Below the pieces are notes generated by a model. The model was not told the DNA's origin and did not search any database. It saw only the letters and a list, made by a program, of their open reading frames with translations. From NCBI GenBank assembly GCA_002633005.1, contig NMRA01000101.1:682001-746000 (forward strand): DNA of 64,000 nucleotides, in the 5' to 3' direction. This document shows positions 62,660 to 64,000 of this stretch, in pieces. This DNA comes from Phoronis australis. Taxonomy: Eukaryota; Animalia; Phoronida. Every line of letters starts with the position of its first letter. The stretch's first letter is position 1. The position numbers were made by a program, and so were the translations under genes.

Positions 62660-63800
62660 GGATAGGGTGGCAGACGACAAAGGACACAAAATAAAATGGC
62701 CACTAGGAGGCATAACTAAGGTCAAATCAATCTGAAACAGGGCAGGCGATGGTCCTTTATTTGCCAAATTTTGGAAAAATCTATCAAGGAACCTGATATA
62801 TACCATGACAAATGCAATGAAAAACAAAATTGCTACAAGGTGACTCCACAGTAGTCCGATCTGTCCCAAAATCCTCATCAGTTGTACTTTCCTCTATATG
62901 AAAACATGCCAAATTTCAGTAAGATTGGCCAAGAAACTTGTACTGAGCCACAGGCTAAACTATTACTGCAAGAGGATCCCACAGCAGATGGGCCCATTTG
63001 AAAATTATCATCACCCATGCACTTTCCAGTATGAACACGTATTCAAATTTGCATGATGACCCTCCACGTAATTTGGCCGATAGAGAGGCAGACGCCAAAA
63101 CCAGACTCAATAGTAACAATGAGCACTCAGTACCATACAATAAGTCGAATCCACCCGAAAATGGAAGTGTGTTATCGTATCTTTCACAGAAACCTATTTG
63201 CCACATTCATGAAAATATGTAGAGAAACTCCCAAGATATGATAAAAAGTCAACTAAAATTGGCTCTTGGGGGCACAACAGTAACCAGATCTGTCTGAAAG
63301 ACGTCGTTATCCATTGTCACATCACTAGAAACACACCAATAAAATTTAACAATGATCCTGCAAGAGAATTCAGAGATTCAGACAGACGAGAAAAAAAAAT
63401 GCCACTAGGGGGTGCCACAGTAGCCGGAACCATCCGAAAGTCATCGTTGTGTTCTTCCCAGTATGAACACATAAGCCAATATTCATAATGATTCTTAGAG
63501 TGGTTTGTTGGACGGAAATGAGTGCCAAAACCAGGCCCAAAATAATAAAAATGACCACAAGCTGGTGAAAATGGGAGGTGACATTGTCTCCTTAATGGAG
63601 ACCTATTTGTTAAATTTCACAAAAATCTGTTGAAGAACTTCGAAGATACAGAGGAAAACGTAAAGAAATCAAATTGCCACTAGGGGCACCATGGTATTAT
63701 ATTCATCCGAAAGTTGTCACAATCCATTGGCATTTCCATAGAAATAAACACATTTAACAAACTACCTGCTAGCGGTTCATGAGACATAGCCAAAATGTGG
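62660..63800 (+). repeat. Interspersed repeat of diverged ~140-bp subunits (ccactagggg...aaatttc motifs); relatives at ~12740-12880 and ~44740-45030 (inverted)
   Basis: Recurrent aaa(a/t)tgccactagg(g/a)gg...cacagtag.c.ga and ccagtatgaacac motifs. Confidence 0.6.
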
Positions 63801-64000
63801 GCATGTTATATCCGACTATTTACAGAGCGAGTGCCCAACAAATGGACAGGAATGGTGGCATACTGCACCCACCCAACAAGCATGTAGTAACTCCACCAGA
63901 CTAAATCTTTGCAGCTAAAACTGAGAGCTCACTCGGTATGTATGTATGTATGGCAGGGATGATAACCAAAACAACAGAGATAACTGACAATAATCATACA

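Overview
Repeat-rich animal (invertebrate-type) genomic DNA with GT-AG introns and a 658-N assembly gap at 46504-47161. Most ORFs in the supplied track are spurious or are exon or transposon fragments. Two convergent host genes can be spliced by hand. The first is a Tectonic-2-like ciliary transition-zone gene on + (9 phase-consistent exons, 1806-54302, 5' end outside the window, C-terminal TM helix). The second is the last five exons of a CLIP-170/CLIP1-like gene on - (56413-60444). The Tectonic introns are full of decayed transposons. The 23.5-kb interval 6613-30158 holds a nested set: a THAP P-element-like transposase pseudogene is interrupted by a short-LTR Gypsy-like element, which contains an intron-bearing Kolobok (THAP-DDE transposase plus a divergent KolX/P2X7-ballast-like gene). 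The same interval has MITEs, SINE heads, a Harbinger fragment and a full-length decayed mariner. Other introns hold an ISL2EU-like element with an inverted partial copy 30 kb away, a THAP12-like TIR element, an unclassified C2H2-zinc-finger TIR element, and LINE and Gypsy fragments. No intact novel system could be demonstrated. All family assignments come from motif recognition by eye, not database searches.
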